NCBI GenBank assembly: GCA_945903275.1
Contig: CAMDNW010000001.1
Coordinates: 128,303 to 192,302 of the forward strand
Direction of reading: 5' to 3'
DNA length: 64,000 nt
From: Thermoflexus hugenholtzii JAD2
GTDB lineage: Bacteria; Chloroflexota; Dehalococcoidia; UBA2979
This document shows positions 1 to 10,665 of the stretch, in pieces; the first letter of the stretch is position 1; each line of letters starts with the position of its first letter. The position numbers were made by a program, and so were the translations under genes. Below the pieces are notes generated by a model. That model ran no database searches. It was not told the DNA's origin and saw nothing but the letters and a program-made list of their open reading frames with translations.

Positions 1-581
1 TGTTCGGCGTCCCGCTCGATGAGGTGACGCCGGAGATGCGGCGGCGCGCGAAGGTGTTCAACTTTGGTGTGATGTATGGGCTGACGGCGTTCGGCCTCTC
101 GGCACGTGAGCGCATCCCGCGCGCTCAAGCAGAAACCTTCATCAAGACCTACTTCGAGTCCTATCCCGCCGTGGCCGAGTGGCGTGAGCGTACGGTCACC
201 GAGGCGCGCGCCAATGGCTACGCCGAAACGCTCTCCGGCCGCCGCCGGTACATCCCCGAACTCCGTTCATCCGACCACAACCACCGGATGGCCGCCGAGC
301 GCGTGGCGATTAACATGCCGATTCAGGGCACCTCAGCCGACATCATCAAGATCGCTATGAACCGCATCGACGCCGAACTGCTGGCCCGCCGCCAGAAGGG
401 CGCGCTGGCCCGCATGATTCTCCAGGTACACGACGAGTTGATCTTCGAGTTGCCCCGCAAGGAACTCGGCGACATCCGCGAGATCGCCCGTCGCCTGATG
501 CCGTCACTCGAACTCAGCGTCCCGCTCGACCTCGACGAGAAGTCGGGCACGAACTGGGGCGACATGGAGGCGGCGCGCTAG
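1..581 (+). CDS. polA: DNA polymerase I, C-terminal (polymerase domain) fragment; 5' end lies outside the window
   Basis: In-frame from window edge; motifs RRRAKVFNFGVMYG and ILQVHDELIFE are typical of the Pol I family-A palm and fingers. Confidence 0.9.
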   Translation, partial: FGVPLDEVTPEMRRRAKVFNFGVMYGLTAFGLSARERIPRAQAETFIKTYFESYPAVAEWRERTVTEARANGYAETLSGRRRYIPELRSSDHNHRMAAERVAINMPIQGTSADIIKIAMNRIDAELLARRQKGALARMILQVHDELIFELPRKELGDIREIARRLMPSLELSVPLDLDEKSGTNWGDMEAAR

Positions 582-584
582 CGC

Positions 585-1406
585 ATGCCTGAACTCCCTG
601 AAGTCGAGACGATCCGTCGGGATCTCGCGCCGCTGCTGGTCGGTCGCACTGTCGCTCGCGTCCGTATTCATTCCGGTGCGGAGCGCCTCGCCCAAACGCA
701 CGCGCCTCGCGCACTTGAACGCACGCTGGCCGGGCGTCGCGTTGAGGCACTCGACCGCCACGGCAAATACCTCCTCGCAGGCCTCGATGACGGCCAGACT
801 TGGGTGCTCCACCTCCGCATGACAGGCTCGCTGGTACATGCGGGCATCGATGCTCCCGGGCACCGCTTCGAGCGGGCGCGCGTCGACCTCGACAACGGCA
901 TGTCGGTGCGGCTGAACGACATGCGAAAGTTCGCGACTTGGCATCTGGTCGGCGACCCGGCCGAAGCGATGCCGCGTACCGGACCGGATGCCCTTGGCGA
1001 GGCGTTCTCGGTCGCATGGCTGCGAGCCTCGTGTGCTCGCCGAAGCGTGGCGATCAAGGCAGTGCTACTCGACCAGCAGGTCGCGGCAGGGGTCGGCAAC
1101 ATCTACGCGGATGAGGCCTGCTGGATCGCCCGCATCGACCCTCGTGCTCCCGCGAACGGCCTGTCGTCGCAGCGTATCCAGAGGCTCCACGCCGCCGTCC
1201 GCGAGACGCTTGAAGAGTCGCTGGGGAACCGTGGGGCCTCGTTTTCCGACTACCGCGATGGCCTCGGTGGCGAGGGAATGCACCACATTCGCGTCCACGT
1301 CTTCCGTCGCGACGGCCAGCCGTGCGAGCGCTGCGGCCAGGAAATAATCAAGATTCGCCTCGTGGGACGGGGGACACATCTCTGCCCACGCTGCCAGCGG
1401 ACATAA
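585..1406 (+). CDS. mutM: Formamidopyrimidine-DNA glycosylase
   Basis: N-terminal MPELPEVE catalytic Pro2/Glu3 motif; C-terminal zinc finger CxxC...CxxC; 273 aa. Confidence 0.9.
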   Translation: MPELPEVETIRRDLAPLLVGRTVARVRIHSGAERLAQTHAPRALERTLAGRRVEALDRHGKYLLAGLDDGQTWVLHLRMTGSLVHAGIDAPGHRFERARVDLDNGMSVRLNDMRKFATWHLVGDPAEAMPRTGPDALGEAFSVAWLRASCARRSVAIKAVLLDQQVAAGVGNIYADEACWIARIDPRAPANGLSSQRIQRLHAAVRETLEESLGNRGASFSDYRDGLGGEGMHHIRVHVFRRDGQPCERCGQEIIKIRLVGRGTHLCPRCQRT

Positions 1407-1512
1407 CACTGCATAATATCTATCCGTTTTCCTGCTTGTCGCCGATAGGGCTGCGCTGATACCTTGCCACGGCTGCTCCGCGAGGGAGCAGGCTGTTCGG
1501 GGGTCGGTTCCT

Positions 1513-2418
1513 ATGGTCTGGGTTGTGCTCGCACTCATCGGCGTTGTCCTAGCCGCCCACCTGATCGGCGCGCTCCTGCTTGCCGATTCCTTCACTCGCA
1601 TCCGCCGCCGCCGGGTGGAAGGGACGCCCGCCGACCTCGGCCTCCGCTACGAAGAAGTGCAGTTCACCGCCGACGATGGCGTCGCGCTGCTCGGCTGGTA
1701 CCTCGAATCGCCCGGCGCTCGTGCCAGTGTTGTGCTCGTCCACGACGCTGACGGTACCCGCTCCGACCGCTCCCACGGCCTGCTCCTCCTTCAGCGCGAT
1801 TACCTGCGCCGAGGCATCAACGTGCTCGCATTTGATCTGCGTGGCCGAGGCGAGTCAGGCGGCCTCCGTGACACCTTCGGCGCGCGCGAGCGGCTCGATG
1901 TAACCGCCGCTGTCGCGTTCGCGCGTTCGCGCTCAAACGGTCTGCCGGTGGTGCTCCACGGCTTCGGGATGGGCGGTTCGCTCGCTATCGTCGGCGCAGC
2001 CGAAGGCCTCGTCGTCGACTTGGTCATTGCTGACTCGCCCTCTGCCACGGCGCGCGCCTTCCTGCGTCGGCGCTATGCGAAAGTGCCGCTGCCGACCTTC
2101 CTGCTCGCCTGCCGCATCGCGTTCCGCCGCTTTGGTGCCGACGCCGATGCGCTGGCCCCCATCCACTCGGTGGCCCGAACGAAGTCTGAGGTGCCGATCC
2201 TATTCATCCACGGCGAAGCGAATCATCTGGTCGCCGTCACGAACTCGCTCAACATCGCCGCTGCCTCACTGAACCCGCGCAACGTCATCTGGCGCGTCCC
2301 TGGCGAGGGCCACTGCACCGCTTACCGTCACGCTCCGGACGCCTACATGCGCCGCTGTCTCGACTTCATCGAGACAGCCCTCCCGTCGCGGCGTATCCAG
2401 ATCGCCGCCGCCGGCTAA
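1513..2418 (+). CDS. Membrane-anchored alpha/beta-hydrolase fold protein
   Basis: N-terminal hydrophobic helix, HG..GMGGS nucleophile-elbow region and C-terminal His; 301 aa. Confidence 0.6.
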   Translation: MVWVVLALIGVVLAAHLIGALLLADSFTRIRRRRVEGTPADLGLRYEEVQFTADDGVALLGWYLESPGARASVVLVHDADGTRSDRSHGLLLLQRDYLRRGINVLAFDLRGRGESGGLRDTFGARERLDVTAAVAFARSRSNGLPVVLHGFGMGGSLAIVGAAEGLVVDLVIADSPSATARAFLRRRYAKVPLPTFLLACRIAFRRFGADADALAPIHSVARTKSEVPILFIHGEANHLVAVTNSLNIAAASLNPRNVIWRVPGEGHCTAYRHAPDAYMRRCLDFIETALPSRRIQIAAAG

Positions 2419-2436
2419 GCCGCACGAGGCCCTGCC

Positions 2437-3426
2437 ATGCCCGGGCTGCGCGACGCCATCACGGACGTACCCGGCATCCGTCTCGGCCACTGGACCGACC
2501 GTCGCGCCGTGACCGGCTGCACCGTCGTGCTCTGCGAGGCAGGCGCGGTTGGCGGCGTCGACGTGCGCGGCGCTGCTCCCGGCACCCGCGAGACCGATCT
2601 GCTTCGCCCCGGCAATCTCGTTGAGGAAGTGCATGCCGTTCTGCTCACCGGCGGTTCTGCGTTCGGCCTCGATGCCGCGACCGGGGTGATGCGCTATCTC
2701 GAAGAGCGCGGCTCCGGCCTGCACTTTGCGGGCCAGGTGATTCCGATCGTCCCCGCAGCGGTGCTCTTCGACCTGAGCATCGGCCGGCCTCGCCACCCAG
2801 ATGCCGAGGCCGGCTATCGCGCCGCGAAAGCCGCCCGCGCCGGCACCGTCGCCGAAGGTTCGGTGGGGGCTGGGACGGGCGCGACGGTCGCTAAGTTCGC
2901 TGGCGGTGATCGCCGGCTGAAGGGCGGCCTCGGGACGGCCTCAGAGGCGCTCCTGTCGGGCGTCATCGTGGGTGCAGTGGCGGCGGTCAACGCCGTCGGG
3001 GCGATTCGCGATCCGTACAACGGGCGCGTGATCGCCGCCCCGCGCACCGGCGCCCGAGGCTTCGCGAATGTCGAGCGCCTGCTCCGGGTCGGCCGGCCGC
3101 CGCGTCTCGCGGCCGAGGAACAGCCCGAGAACACGACGCTTGCCGTCGTCGCGACCAACGCGAATCTGACAAAGGCGCAGGCGAACCGCCTCGCCACGGT
3201 CTGTCAGGACGGCTTCGCCCGCACTATTTGGCCTGCCCACACCCGAGGCGACGGCGATACCATTTTCGCCATCGCCACCGGTGATATCGAGGTCGACGGC
3301 CCCGGCTATAACGCTCTAGAGGCGATGGCCACTCGTGCCGTCGAGCGGGCGGTGCTTCGGGGTGTCACGCTTGCTACCGGACTGGCCGGCGTGCCATCGG
3401 CGGCGGAGTGGCGAGGCGGGCGCTAG
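2437..3426 (+). CDS. P1/S58 family peptidase (DmpA-like L-aminopeptidase/D-esterase)
   Basis: 329 aa; LGHWTD...GCTVVL...GGVDVRG pattern of the DmpA/ArgJ-like Ntn-hydrolase family. Confidence 0.7.
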   Translation: MPGLRDAITDVPGIRLGHWTDRRAVTGCTVVLCEAGAVGGVDVRGAAPGTRETDLLRPGNLVEEVHAVLLTGGSAFGLDAATGVMRYLEERGSGLHFAGQVIPIVPAAVLFDLSIGRPRHPDAEAGYRAAKAARAGTVAEGSVGAGTGATVAKFAGGDRRLKGGLGTASEALLSGVIVGAVAAVNAVGAIRDPYNGRVIAAPRTGARGFANVERLLRVGRPPRLAAEEQPENTTLAVVATNANLTKAQANRLATVCQDGFARTIWPAHTRGDGDTIFAIATGDIEVDGPGYNALEAMATRAVERAVLRGVTLATGLAGVPSAAEWRGGR

Positions 3427-3620
3427 CCTTGCGGCGGTGCTTCGCCCTATACTCCGGGCGGCTCACGCACGCTTGGCGTAGACCATCCGTGCGAAAATCC
3501 GCTTGGATCACTGGACCGAGACGGGAGCACTATGCTTCATACTCACAGCGAGTCGCCGTCGCGACTTAGATTCTGTTCGCATTCTGGCATCGTGTGCTGG
3601 ATCAGCGGAGGACTCCGCTG

Positions 3621-4031
3621 ATGCGTACTATGCTGCGCGGCAAGATACACCGTGCCACCGTCACCCAGGCAGACCTGCACTATGTTGGCTCCATAAGTAT
3701 CGATGAAGACCTGATGGAGGCCGCCGGCATCGCCGAATGGGAGCAGGTGCATGTCCTCGACATTACCAACGGGGAACGGCTTGTCACCTATGCCATCCCG
3801 GCCCGGGCTGGTTCCGGCGTCATCTGTATTAACGGAGCGGCGGCCCACCTCGTCCACCCGGACGACTTAGTCATCATCCTCAACTACGCGGGGGTACCGG
3901 ACGAGCGTGTCGCTGACCACAGCCCGCGCCTGATCCACGTTGATTCCCGGAATCGCATCGTCGAGCACACCGACCACATCGAGTTTGGTTCTCGGTACGT
4001 GGCGGTCAGCAACGAGGAGGCGTCGCGATGA
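3621..4031 (+). CDS. panD: Aspartate 1-decarboxylase
   Basis: [28 protein letters not shown]; pyruvoyl-forming Gly-Ser site; GGAGGA RBS 8 nt upstream of ATG 3621. Confidence 0.9.
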   Translation: MRTMLRGKIHRATVTQADLHYVGSISIDEDLMEAAGIAEWEQVHVLDITNGERLVTYAIPARAGSGVICINGAAAHLVHPDDLVIILNYAGVPDERVADHSPRLIHVDSRNRIVEHTDHIEFGSRYVAVSNEEASR

Positions 4032-5023
4032 CAGCAGTGCACCGTGTCACGGTGACCGACCTGCAAAGCATGAAAGAGCGTGGTCAGAAGATCACCATGC
4101 TCACGTCATACGACTATTCGACCGCCCGCATCGCAGACGACGCAGGCATTCCGATCCTGCTCGTCGGCGACTCGCTCGGCATGGTCGTCCTCGGCTACGA
4201 GTCGACGTTGCCCGTCACCGTCGATGACATGATTCGCCACGGCGCGGCCGTCGTGCGAGGCGCGCCGCGCGCCCACGTCGTCATCGACATGCCCTTCGGC
4301 TCATACCAAGGCGGCTGGCAGGATGCGATGCGCAACGCCATCCGCATTATGCAGGAGACCGGCGCGGGCTCGGTGAAACTCGAGGGTGGCCAGCGCTCTG
4401 CTGAGATCGTCCGTCACCTCGTCGCGGCTGGCATCCCCGTGATGGGCCACATCGGTCTCACCCCGCAGTCCGTGAACACGTTCGGCGGCTGGCGTATGCA
4501 AGGAAAGACCCCGCGCGACGGCGTCCGGCTGATGGCCGATGCGCAGTCACTCGAGGAGGCCGGCGCGTACGCGATTGTTCTCGAGACCGTGCCCGCTGCC
4601 CTCGGGGCGAAGATCACGCAGCAACTGCGCGTGCCGACCATCGGCATCGGCGCTGGTCCGTACTGCGACGGCCAGGTGCAGGTCGTTCACGACCTCCTCG
4701 GCCTCTTCCAGGATTTCAAGCCGAAGCACGCCCGTCGCTTCATCGACGCCGCTGGCCTCTTCCGCGACGCCTTCACCGAGTACCGCGAGGGTGTCGAGGC
4801 GGGCACGTTCCCGAGCGAGGCGGAGTCGCACCTGCTCGACCGCAAGATGCGCGACCGCATCGAGAGCACCAGCATCCCCGACAATGCGGCGCTGGAGACG
4901 GTGATCGATGACACTCCCGGCGGTGCCCCCCTTGAGGATGGCTACGCGTCTCAGCGCACGACTACCAATCCGCGCAATGCGAATCGCAGAGACGACGGCC
5001 GCGAAGGCGCCACGCGGGGGTAG
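4028..5023 (+). CDS. panB: 3-methyl-2-oxobutanoate hydroxymethyltransferase, with ~50 aa C-terminal extension
   Basis: [13 protein letters not shown]...[10 protein letters not shown] motif; overlaps panD stop by 4 nt. Confidence 0.9.
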   Translation: MTAVHRVTVTDLQSMKERGQKITMLTSYDYSTARIADDAGIPILLVGDSLGMVVLGYESTLPVTVDDMIRHGAAVVRGAPRAHVVIDMPFGSYQGGWQDAMRNAIRIMQETGAGSVKLEGGQRSAEIVRHLVAAGIPVMGHIGLTPQSVNTFGGWRMQGKTPRDGVRLMADAQSLEEAGAYAIVLETVPAALGAKITQQLRVPTIGIGAGPYCDGQVQVVHDLLGLFQDFKPKHARRFIDAAGLFRDAFTEYREGVEAGTFPSEAESHLLDRKMRDRIESTSIPDNAALETVIDDTPGGAPLEDGYASQRTTTNPRNANRRDDGREGATRG

Positions 5024-5025
5024 CT

Positions 5026-5865
5026 GTGTTCGTCGCCCGTACTGTCGCTGAACTGCGGGCTGCCCGGCATGAAGCGCCAGGGCCGATTGGCTTCGTACCC
5101 ACGATGGGCTACCTGCATCAGGGCCACATGTCGCTCGTGCAGGCCGCACGCATCGACTGCGCTACGGTGGTCGCATCGATCTTCGTGAACCCCACCCAGT
5201 TCGCCACCGGTGAAGACTTCGAGCGCTACCCGCGCAACGAGACGAACGACCTCGCACTGCTCGAAGCCAACGGCGCTGACCTCGTGCTGCTCCCCGGCGT
5301 CGAGGAGGTCTACACACCCGGTGACACCACCCGTATCCGCGTCGATGCGCTCACCGAGGTACTCGAAGGCGCGCGCCGCCCCGGCCACTTCATCGGCGTC
5401 GCGACCGTCGTCGCGAAGCTGTTTCACATCGTGCAGCCCGACCGGGCCTACTTCGGCCAGAAGGACGCGCAGCAACTCGTCGTCATCCGCCGCATGACCC
5501 GCGACCTGCTCCTGCCCGTCGAGGTCGTCGGCTGTCCGACCGTCCGCGAGCCGGACGGCCTCGCTTGCTCATCGCGTAACGTCTACCTGACCCCCGAGCA
5601 GCGTCAACAGGCCGTCGCTCTTTCACAGAGCCTCCGAGCCGCCGAGGCCGCCTTCGCCGACGGTGTCCGTGACCCCCACACCCTCCGCCGCCTCGTCCGC
5701 GAGCGCATCGAGGCCCAGCCGCTCGCCGCTATCGACTACATCTCGCTCGCCGACGCCTCAACGCTGTGGGAACTGAATGCCGACATCGAGGCGTCCGCCT
5801 TGCTCTCGCTTGCGGTGGGCTTCGGCAACACGCATCTCCTAGACAACACCACGCTGGTTCCGTAG
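5026..5865 (+). CDS. panC: Pantoate--beta-alanine ligase
   Basis: GFVPTMGYLHQGHMSL HIGH-like motif; GTG start 3 nt after panB stop. Confidence 0.9.
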   Translation: MFVARTVAELRAARHEAPGPIGFVPTMGYLHQGHMSLVQAARIDCATVVASIFVNPTQFATGEDFERYPRNETNDLALLEANGADLVLLPGVEEVYTPGDTTRIRVDALTEVLEGARRPGHFIGVATVVAKLFHIVQPDRAYFGQKDAQQLVVIRRMTRDLLLPVEVVGCPTVREPDGLACSSRNVYLTPEQRQQAVALSQSLRAAEAAFADGVRDPHTLRRLVRERIEAQPLAAIDYISLADASTLWELNADIEASALLSLAVGFGNTHLLDNTTLVP

Positions 5866-5941
5866 GCCGCCCTACGATTTCGTCTTCCCTCGCCCGCTGC
5901 TAGCATAGGCGTCTGGCAGTTGGTCAGCAGGAGTGTGTGCT

Positions 5942-6691
5942 GTGTCCGGTCACTCAAAATGGTCCACGATCAAGCACAAGAAGGGCGCGATTGACGCCAA
6001 GCGCGGTCAGCTTTTCACCAAACTCGCCCGTGACATTGTCATGGCCGCCCGCAACGGCGGCGGAGACCCGGCCATGAACGCCGGTCTCCGGCTGGCCGTC
6101 GCTAAGGCCCGCGAGTCCAACATGCCCGGCGACAACGTTGAACGCGCCATCCTTAAGGGCACCGGCGGCGGCGCGACCGACGCCCTGATGGAGATCACCT
6201 ATGAGGGTTACGGCCCCGGCGGCACCGCTGTCATCGTCGATACCGTCACCGACAACCGGAACCGCACCGTCGCCGAACTCCGCGCCGCTTTCTCGCGCGG
6301 CGGCGGCAACCTCGGCGAGAACGGCGCGGTCGCGTGGCTCTTCGAGACGCGCGGTGTGATCTCCGTGGACGCCAAAGGCAAGGACACCGACGACGTGCAA
6401 CTCGCCGCTATCGAGGCTGGCGCACTCGATGTCTCGGTGGACGACGATGATGTCGAGGTGCTGACTGAGCCGTCTGACCTCGAGTCGGTGCGTGAGGTGC
6501 TGAAGAGCGCTGGCTTCAAGATCGAAAACGCCGAGATCGCCCGCGTGCCCAAGACCACCATCGCCCTCGACGAGAAGGCCGCCATCCAGGCGATCAAACT
6601 ACTCGAACGCATCGACGACCTGGACGACGTGTCGAAGGTCTATTCGAACGCCGACTTTCCCGCATCGGTGCTCGAGGCGGCTGGACTCTAA
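5942..6691 (+). CDS. yebC: YebC/PmpR family DNA-binding transcriptional regulator
   Basis: SGHSKWSTIKHKKG...; conserved yebC-ruvC-ruvA synteny; GTG start after an AGGAG-like SD. Confidence 0.85.
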   Translation: MSGHSKWSTIKHKKGAIDAKRGQLFTKLARDIVMAARNGGGDPAMNAGLRLAVAKARESNMPGDNVERAILKGTGGGATDALMEITYEGYGPGGTAVIVDTVTDNRNRTVAELRAAFSRGGGNLGENGAVAWLFETRGVISVDAKGKDTDDVQLAAIEAGALDVSVDDDDVEVLTEPSDLESVREVLKSAGFKIENAEIARVPKTTIALDEKAAIQAIKLLERIDDLDDVSKVYSNADFPASVLEAAGL

Positions 6692-6693
6692 GC

Positions 6694-7206
6694 ATGACCG
6701 CCACGCGCCGCGTCTTGGGGGTTGACCCCGGGCTGGCGGTTACCGGCTACGGAATCGTGGATGGCGATGGCGTAGCCGCGATTCACATCGTGAGCGGCAT
6801 ACTGCGCACCCGAGCGAAGGACACTCGACCGAAGCGGCTCGCCAGCCTGTTTGAGCGCATTGGCGCGCTCATCGATGAGCATCACCCCGACGACCTCGCG
6901 ATCGAGCAGCACTTCGTCGCCGAGAACGTCCGTAGCGCCATGGTGATCGGCGAGGCGCGCGCTGCGGCGATGATCGCTGCTGCTTCCCGTGGCATCGAGG
7001 TCTATGAGTACCCCGCGACGACGATCAAGCAGACGGTGACCGGGAGCGGGGCCGCCTCCAAAGAACAGGTGCAGCGCATGGTCGTCATGCACCTGAACCT
7101 GCTCACTGCGCCCGCGCCGCTGGACGCCTCGGATGCCGTCGCAGTGGCGCTGACCCGCCTCGCCGCCCTGCGCGTCGAGGCCATGCTCACGGCTGCGCGG
7201 CCGTGA
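6694..7206 (+). CDS. ruvC: Crossover junction endodeoxyribonuclease RuvC
   Basis: VLGVDPGLAVTGYGIV... with catalytic Asp/Glu; 170 aa. Confidence 0.9.
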   Translation: MTATRRVLGVDPGLAVTGYGIVDGDGVAAIHIVSGILRTRAKDTRPKRLASLFERIGALIDEHHPDDLAIEQHFVAENVRSAMVIGEARAAAMIAAASRGIEVYEYPATTIKQTVTGSGAASKEQVQRMVVMHLNLLTAPAPLDASDAVAVALTRLAALRVEAMLTAARP

Positions 7207-7829
7207 TCGTCGCACTGCGCGGCACGCTCGCGCGCTGGGACGAAGACCGCTCCGTACTCTGGATCGAGACCGGCGGTGTTACCTATGAACTCGCCATGCC
7301 GCCCTTCGCTGCCGAGTGGGTCGCCGCCCACCGCATGGGTGACGAGGTACAGGTCTACACCTACCAGCACGCCACCGACCGCCAGCCGGTGCCGATGATC
7401 TTCGGCTTCCCACGCCTTGCCGAGCGCGAGTTCTTCCGCAAGTTCATCGAGGTCCCCGACATCGGCCCCTCACGCGCGATCCGTGCGCTGACGCGTCCTG
7501 TCTCCGAGATCGCCCGCTGGATCGAGTCGGAGGACACTCGCGCGCTGCGGACGCTGCCTGGTGTCGGCGACCGCACTGCCGCCACTATCGTTGCGAGCCT
7601 CCATGGCAAACTCGTGCAGGAAGCGCTGTTGCGCGACCGCGATGGCACCGGCGACGAGACCACCCCACCGGATGTTCGCAGCGACGCAATCGCTGCGCTC
7701 ATCGCGCTCCAGTACGGCCGTCGTGAGGCGGAGCAACTGGTCACCGAGGCGATGCGCGAACGCGCTAGCCTTATTACGGTCGAGGATGTGCTCCGCTACG
7801 TCCTCGAAGGTCAGGCAAGGGGTGTCTGA
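7203..7829 (+). CDS. ruvA: Holliday junction DNA helicase subunit RuvA
   Basis: MIVALRGTL... N-terminal OB domain, HhH region and C-terminal domain III; overlaps ruvC stop. Confidence 0.85.
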   Translation: MIVALRGTLARWDEDRSVLWIETGGVTYELAMPPFAAEWVAAHRMGDEVQVYTYQHATDRQPVPMIFGFPRLAEREFFRKFIEVPDIGPSRAIRALTRPVSEIARWIESEDTRALRTLPGVGDRTAATIVASLHGKLVQEALLRDRDGTGDETTPPDVRSDAIAALIALQYGRREAEQLVTEAMRERASLITVEDVLRYVLEGQARGV

Positions 7830-8222
7830 TGTCACGCTGGCGGAGACAATGGCCGGTGCTTCATACACCGTCGCTTTGACGCCGCCTGTGATGGCGACAC
7901 GGGCGGCGGCGTCGTGGTTTCTTGTCATCCGGCGCAGCCAGCGCGTGCCCTCGCAGCGCCACCATCGCCGCGAGGACGGTCGCGCCCGCTGCCGGCCTCG
8001 CGGCAATGGTGGCGTGTGATCCCCGCCTCCCCCGTCGGCGTTCGTTACGCGCCTGCCCCACCGGCGTGCCTGCCCGGTCGGCGAGAACATGGTCGGCGGC
8101 CAGCGACTGGATCGCGCGCAGCAGTGGGGTGTGGCAGAGCGGGGTATGGGTTCTGCTCGTTCGTTGCGGTGCTACCCCAGCATACCGGCGTGTCTTCGTA
8201 ACGTGCTTGTGGCCGCGCCCGG

Positions 8223-8228
8223 TACAAT
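8223..8228 (+). promoter_or_regulatory. Putative -10 element (TACAAT) giving a leaderless uvrB transcript
   Basis: TACAAT sits 7 nt upstream of the A of uvrB ATG 8236; no SD present. Confidence 0.4.
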
Positions 8229-8235
8229 AGTTCGC

Positions 8236-10311
8236 ATGACCACGACTACCAGCCACCGCTTTGAACTCGTGACCCCGCTGCGCCCGACCGGCGACCAGCC
8301 ACAGGCCGTCGATGCCCTCGTGACGGGCCTCGAGGCTGGCGAGCGTCTGCAGACGCTGCTCGGCGCCACCGGCTCCGGCAAGACGTTCACAATGGCCAAC
8401 ATCATCGAGCGCTACCAGCGGCCGACACTCGTGCTTGCCCCGAACCGCACGCTGGCTGCGCAACTCACCTCCGAATTCCGCGACTTCTTCCCGAACAACT
8501 CCGTCGAGTACTTTGTCTCTTACTACGACTACTACCAGCCTGAGGCCTACATCCCGCGCAGCGACACCTACATCGCGAAAGACGCGGACATCAACGATGA
8601 AGTCGACAAACTGCGTCACGCGGCTACTCGCGCGCTGTTCGAGCGCCGCGACGTACTCATCGTCGCCTCCGTCTCCTGCATCTACGGCCTCGGCGAGCCG
8701 GGGGAGTACGAGTCGTTCGTCGTGCGCATGTTCAAGGGCCGCCGCATCAACCGCGCGTCGCTTGTCCGCCAACTCGTGGACATGCAGTACCAGCGCAACG
8801 ATGTCGCCCTCACCCGCGGCACCTTCCGCGTGCGCGGCGACTCGCTGACCGTCATCCCTGCCTACGACGAACTGGCCGTGCGCGTCGACTTCTTCGGTGA
8901 CGAGATCGAGCGCATCGTCACCGTCGACCCGCTCTCCGGCGAACTGCTGTCTGAGGTCGCTGAGCACGCGATTTACCCCGCGAAGCACTTCGTGACTTCA
9001 AAAGACCATCTCGACCAGGCGCTCGTGAGCATCGAGGAAGAACTGAGGCAACGGCTTGCCGACCTGCGCGGTCGCGGCCAGATTCTTGAGGCTGCGCGGC
9101 TCGAAGAACGCACGCGTTTCGACCTCGAAATGCTGCGTGAGGCGGGCTACTGCTCCGGCATCGAAAACTACTCGCGCCACCTCGCAGGCCGTCCGCCGGG
9201 ATCGACACCGTGGACGCTGCTCGACTATTTCCCTGACGACTGGCTGCTCTTCGTCGACGAGTCGCACATCTCCATCCCGCAGGTACGCGGCATGTTCCAC
9301 GGTGACAAATCCCGCAAAGAGACGCTCGTCGAGTACGGCTTCCGTCTCCCCTCGGCACTCGACAACCGCCCACTGAACTTCGAGGAGTTTGAGGGCCATA
9401 TCACCCAGGCGGTTTTCGTCTCCGCGACCCCAGGCCCCTACGAGTTGGAAGTCTCCTCGCAGGTCGTGGAACAGGTCATCCGGCCTACTGGCCTCATCGA
9501 CCCGGTCATCGATGTGCGCCCGACGCGCGGCCAGATCGACGATCTACTGGCCGAGATACAGAACCGCTCCGCCCGCAATGAGCGTGTCCTTGTGACTACC
9601 CTGACCAAGAAGATGTCCGAAGACCTGACAGACTACCTGCTGGAAATGGGCGTGAAGGCCCGCTACCTCCATTCCGAGATCGATACGCTCCAGCGCATCG
9701 AGATTCTTCGAGACCTCCGGCAGGGTGTCCACGACGTGGTTGTCGGTATCAACCTGCTCCGAGAGGGCCTTGACCTGCCGGAAGTCTCACTCGTCTGCAT
9801 TCTCGACGCCGACAAGGAGGGCTTCCTGCGCTCCGGCGGCTCACTCGTCCAGACCATCGGCCGCGCCGCCCGCCACGCGGACGGCCACGTCATCATGTAC
9901 GCCGATGTCATGACTGATTCGATGACGTACGCGATCAGCGAGACCCACCGTCGCCGCGTCATCCAGCAGGCATACAACGAGGCGCATGGCATCGTCCCGA
10001 TGGGTATCCAGAAGCAAGTGCGCGACATCACCGATGCACTCCGCGTCGCTAAGCAGTCGCCTGGCTACACCACCGCTCGCGACCTCCCGCGCGACGAGAT
10101 CACGCGCATGGTGCATGAACTCGAAACCCAGATGAAGAATGCCGCTCGCGACCTAGAGTTCGAGCGCGCAGCCCAACTCCGCGACCAGATCGTCGAACTC
10201 CGCCGCGAACTCGTCGACGACTCCCCCGAGAGCCTGAAAGCCTTTGGCGGCTCATCAGACCCGCCGCGGCCATCACGACCGTCCCGACCGCCCCGGCGCG
10301 GGCGGCGCTAG
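8236..10311 (+). CDS. uvrB: Excinuclease ABC subunit B
   Basis: GATGSGKT Walker A, helicase motifs, C-terminal UVR domain ([10 protein letters not shown]); start assigned to [12 protein letters not shown]. Confidence 0.95.
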   Translation: MTTTTSHRFELVTPLRPTGDQPQAVDALVTGLEAGERLQTLLGATGSGKTFTMANIIERYQRPTLVLAPNRTLAAQLTSEFRDFFPNNSVEYFVSYYDYYQPEAYIPRSDTYIAKDADINDEVDKLRHAATRALFERRDVLIVASVSCIYGLGEPGEYESFVVRMFKGRRINRASLVRQLVDMQYQRNDVALTRGTFRVRGDSLTVIPAYDELAVRVDFFGDEIERIVTVDPLSGELLSEVAEHAIYPAKHFVTSKDHLDQALVSIEEELRQRLADLRGRGQILEAARLEERTRFDLEMLREAGYCSGIENYSRHLAGRPPGSTPWTLLDYFPDDWLLFVDESHISIPQVRGMFHGDKSRKETLVEYGFRLPSALDNRPLNFEEFEGHITQAVFVSATPGPYELEVSSQVVEQVIRPTGLIDPVIDVRPTRGQIDDLLAEIQNRSARNERVLVTTLTKKMSEDLTDYLLEMGVKARYLHSEIDTLQRIEILRDLRQGVHDVVVGINLLREGLDLPEVSLVCILDADKEGFLRSGGSLVQTIGRAARHADGHVIMYADVMTDSMTYAISETHRRRVIQQAYNEAHGIVPMGIQKQVRDITDALRVAKQSPGYTTARDLPRDEITRMVHELETQMKNAARDLEFERAAQLRDQIVELRRELVDDSPESLKAFGGSSDPPRPSRPSRPPRRGRR

Positions 10312-10325
10312 GCTCGCAGACATGC

Positions 10326-10355
10326 AACGAGGCCCCGGTCACCCGGGGCCTCGTT
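10326..10355. terminator. Bidirectional GC-rich hairpin between the convergent uvrB and ftsK genes
   Basis: aacgaggccccgg-tcac-ccggggcctcgtt, perfect 13-bp stem, 15 nt after uvrB stop. Confidence 0.6.
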
Positions 10356-10665
10356 CGTAGTGTTCACATCCCTGATGTGGTGAAGGCGTCCCTTCCGTCG
10401 GCCGGCAAGACTGTGCCGATGATGCGGCTCGTGCGCTTTAGCCGCGTGAGGTGGAAGCGGAGTGGGGGGCACGCCTTCGTGGCTCCGCACTCAGGGACGG
10501 AACGGCGCTGAGACGATTCGCTGTTCAACGGCGGCTATCTCCCGTCCCTGCAACCCAAGTCGGATACCTTCAGTACAGCGCAGTACTGCGGTTGCCACGC
10601 GCATGATCGTTGCAATACGCCACGAACGGGGTGCATGTGCGCACATGCACGGACGCGAAACGCGT

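Noticed and set aside
1513-2418. Possible loss of the nucleophile Ser in the alpha/beta hydrolase (HGFGMGGSLA instead of GHSMGG)
   Set aside because: The alignment is ambiguous: GGSLA three residues later fits a Sm-x-Ser-x-Sm elbow. It cannot be decided without a profile alignment.
8036-8230. LexA/SOS box upstream of uvrB
   Set aside because: No GAAC-N4-GTTC (Gram-positive/Chloroflexi-type), CTGT-N8-ACAG or RDRM-like palindrome was found; only a weak 7-bp inverted pair.
7861-8988. 375-aa minus-strand ORF overlapping uvrB and its upstream spacer (and many similar long antisense ORFs, e.g. 504-944, 12253-12666, 34522-35088)
   Set aside because: In ~67% GC DNA stop codons are rare on all frames. 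These ORFs overlap well-supported genes, have Arg/Pro/Ala-rich low-complexity translations and no motifs.
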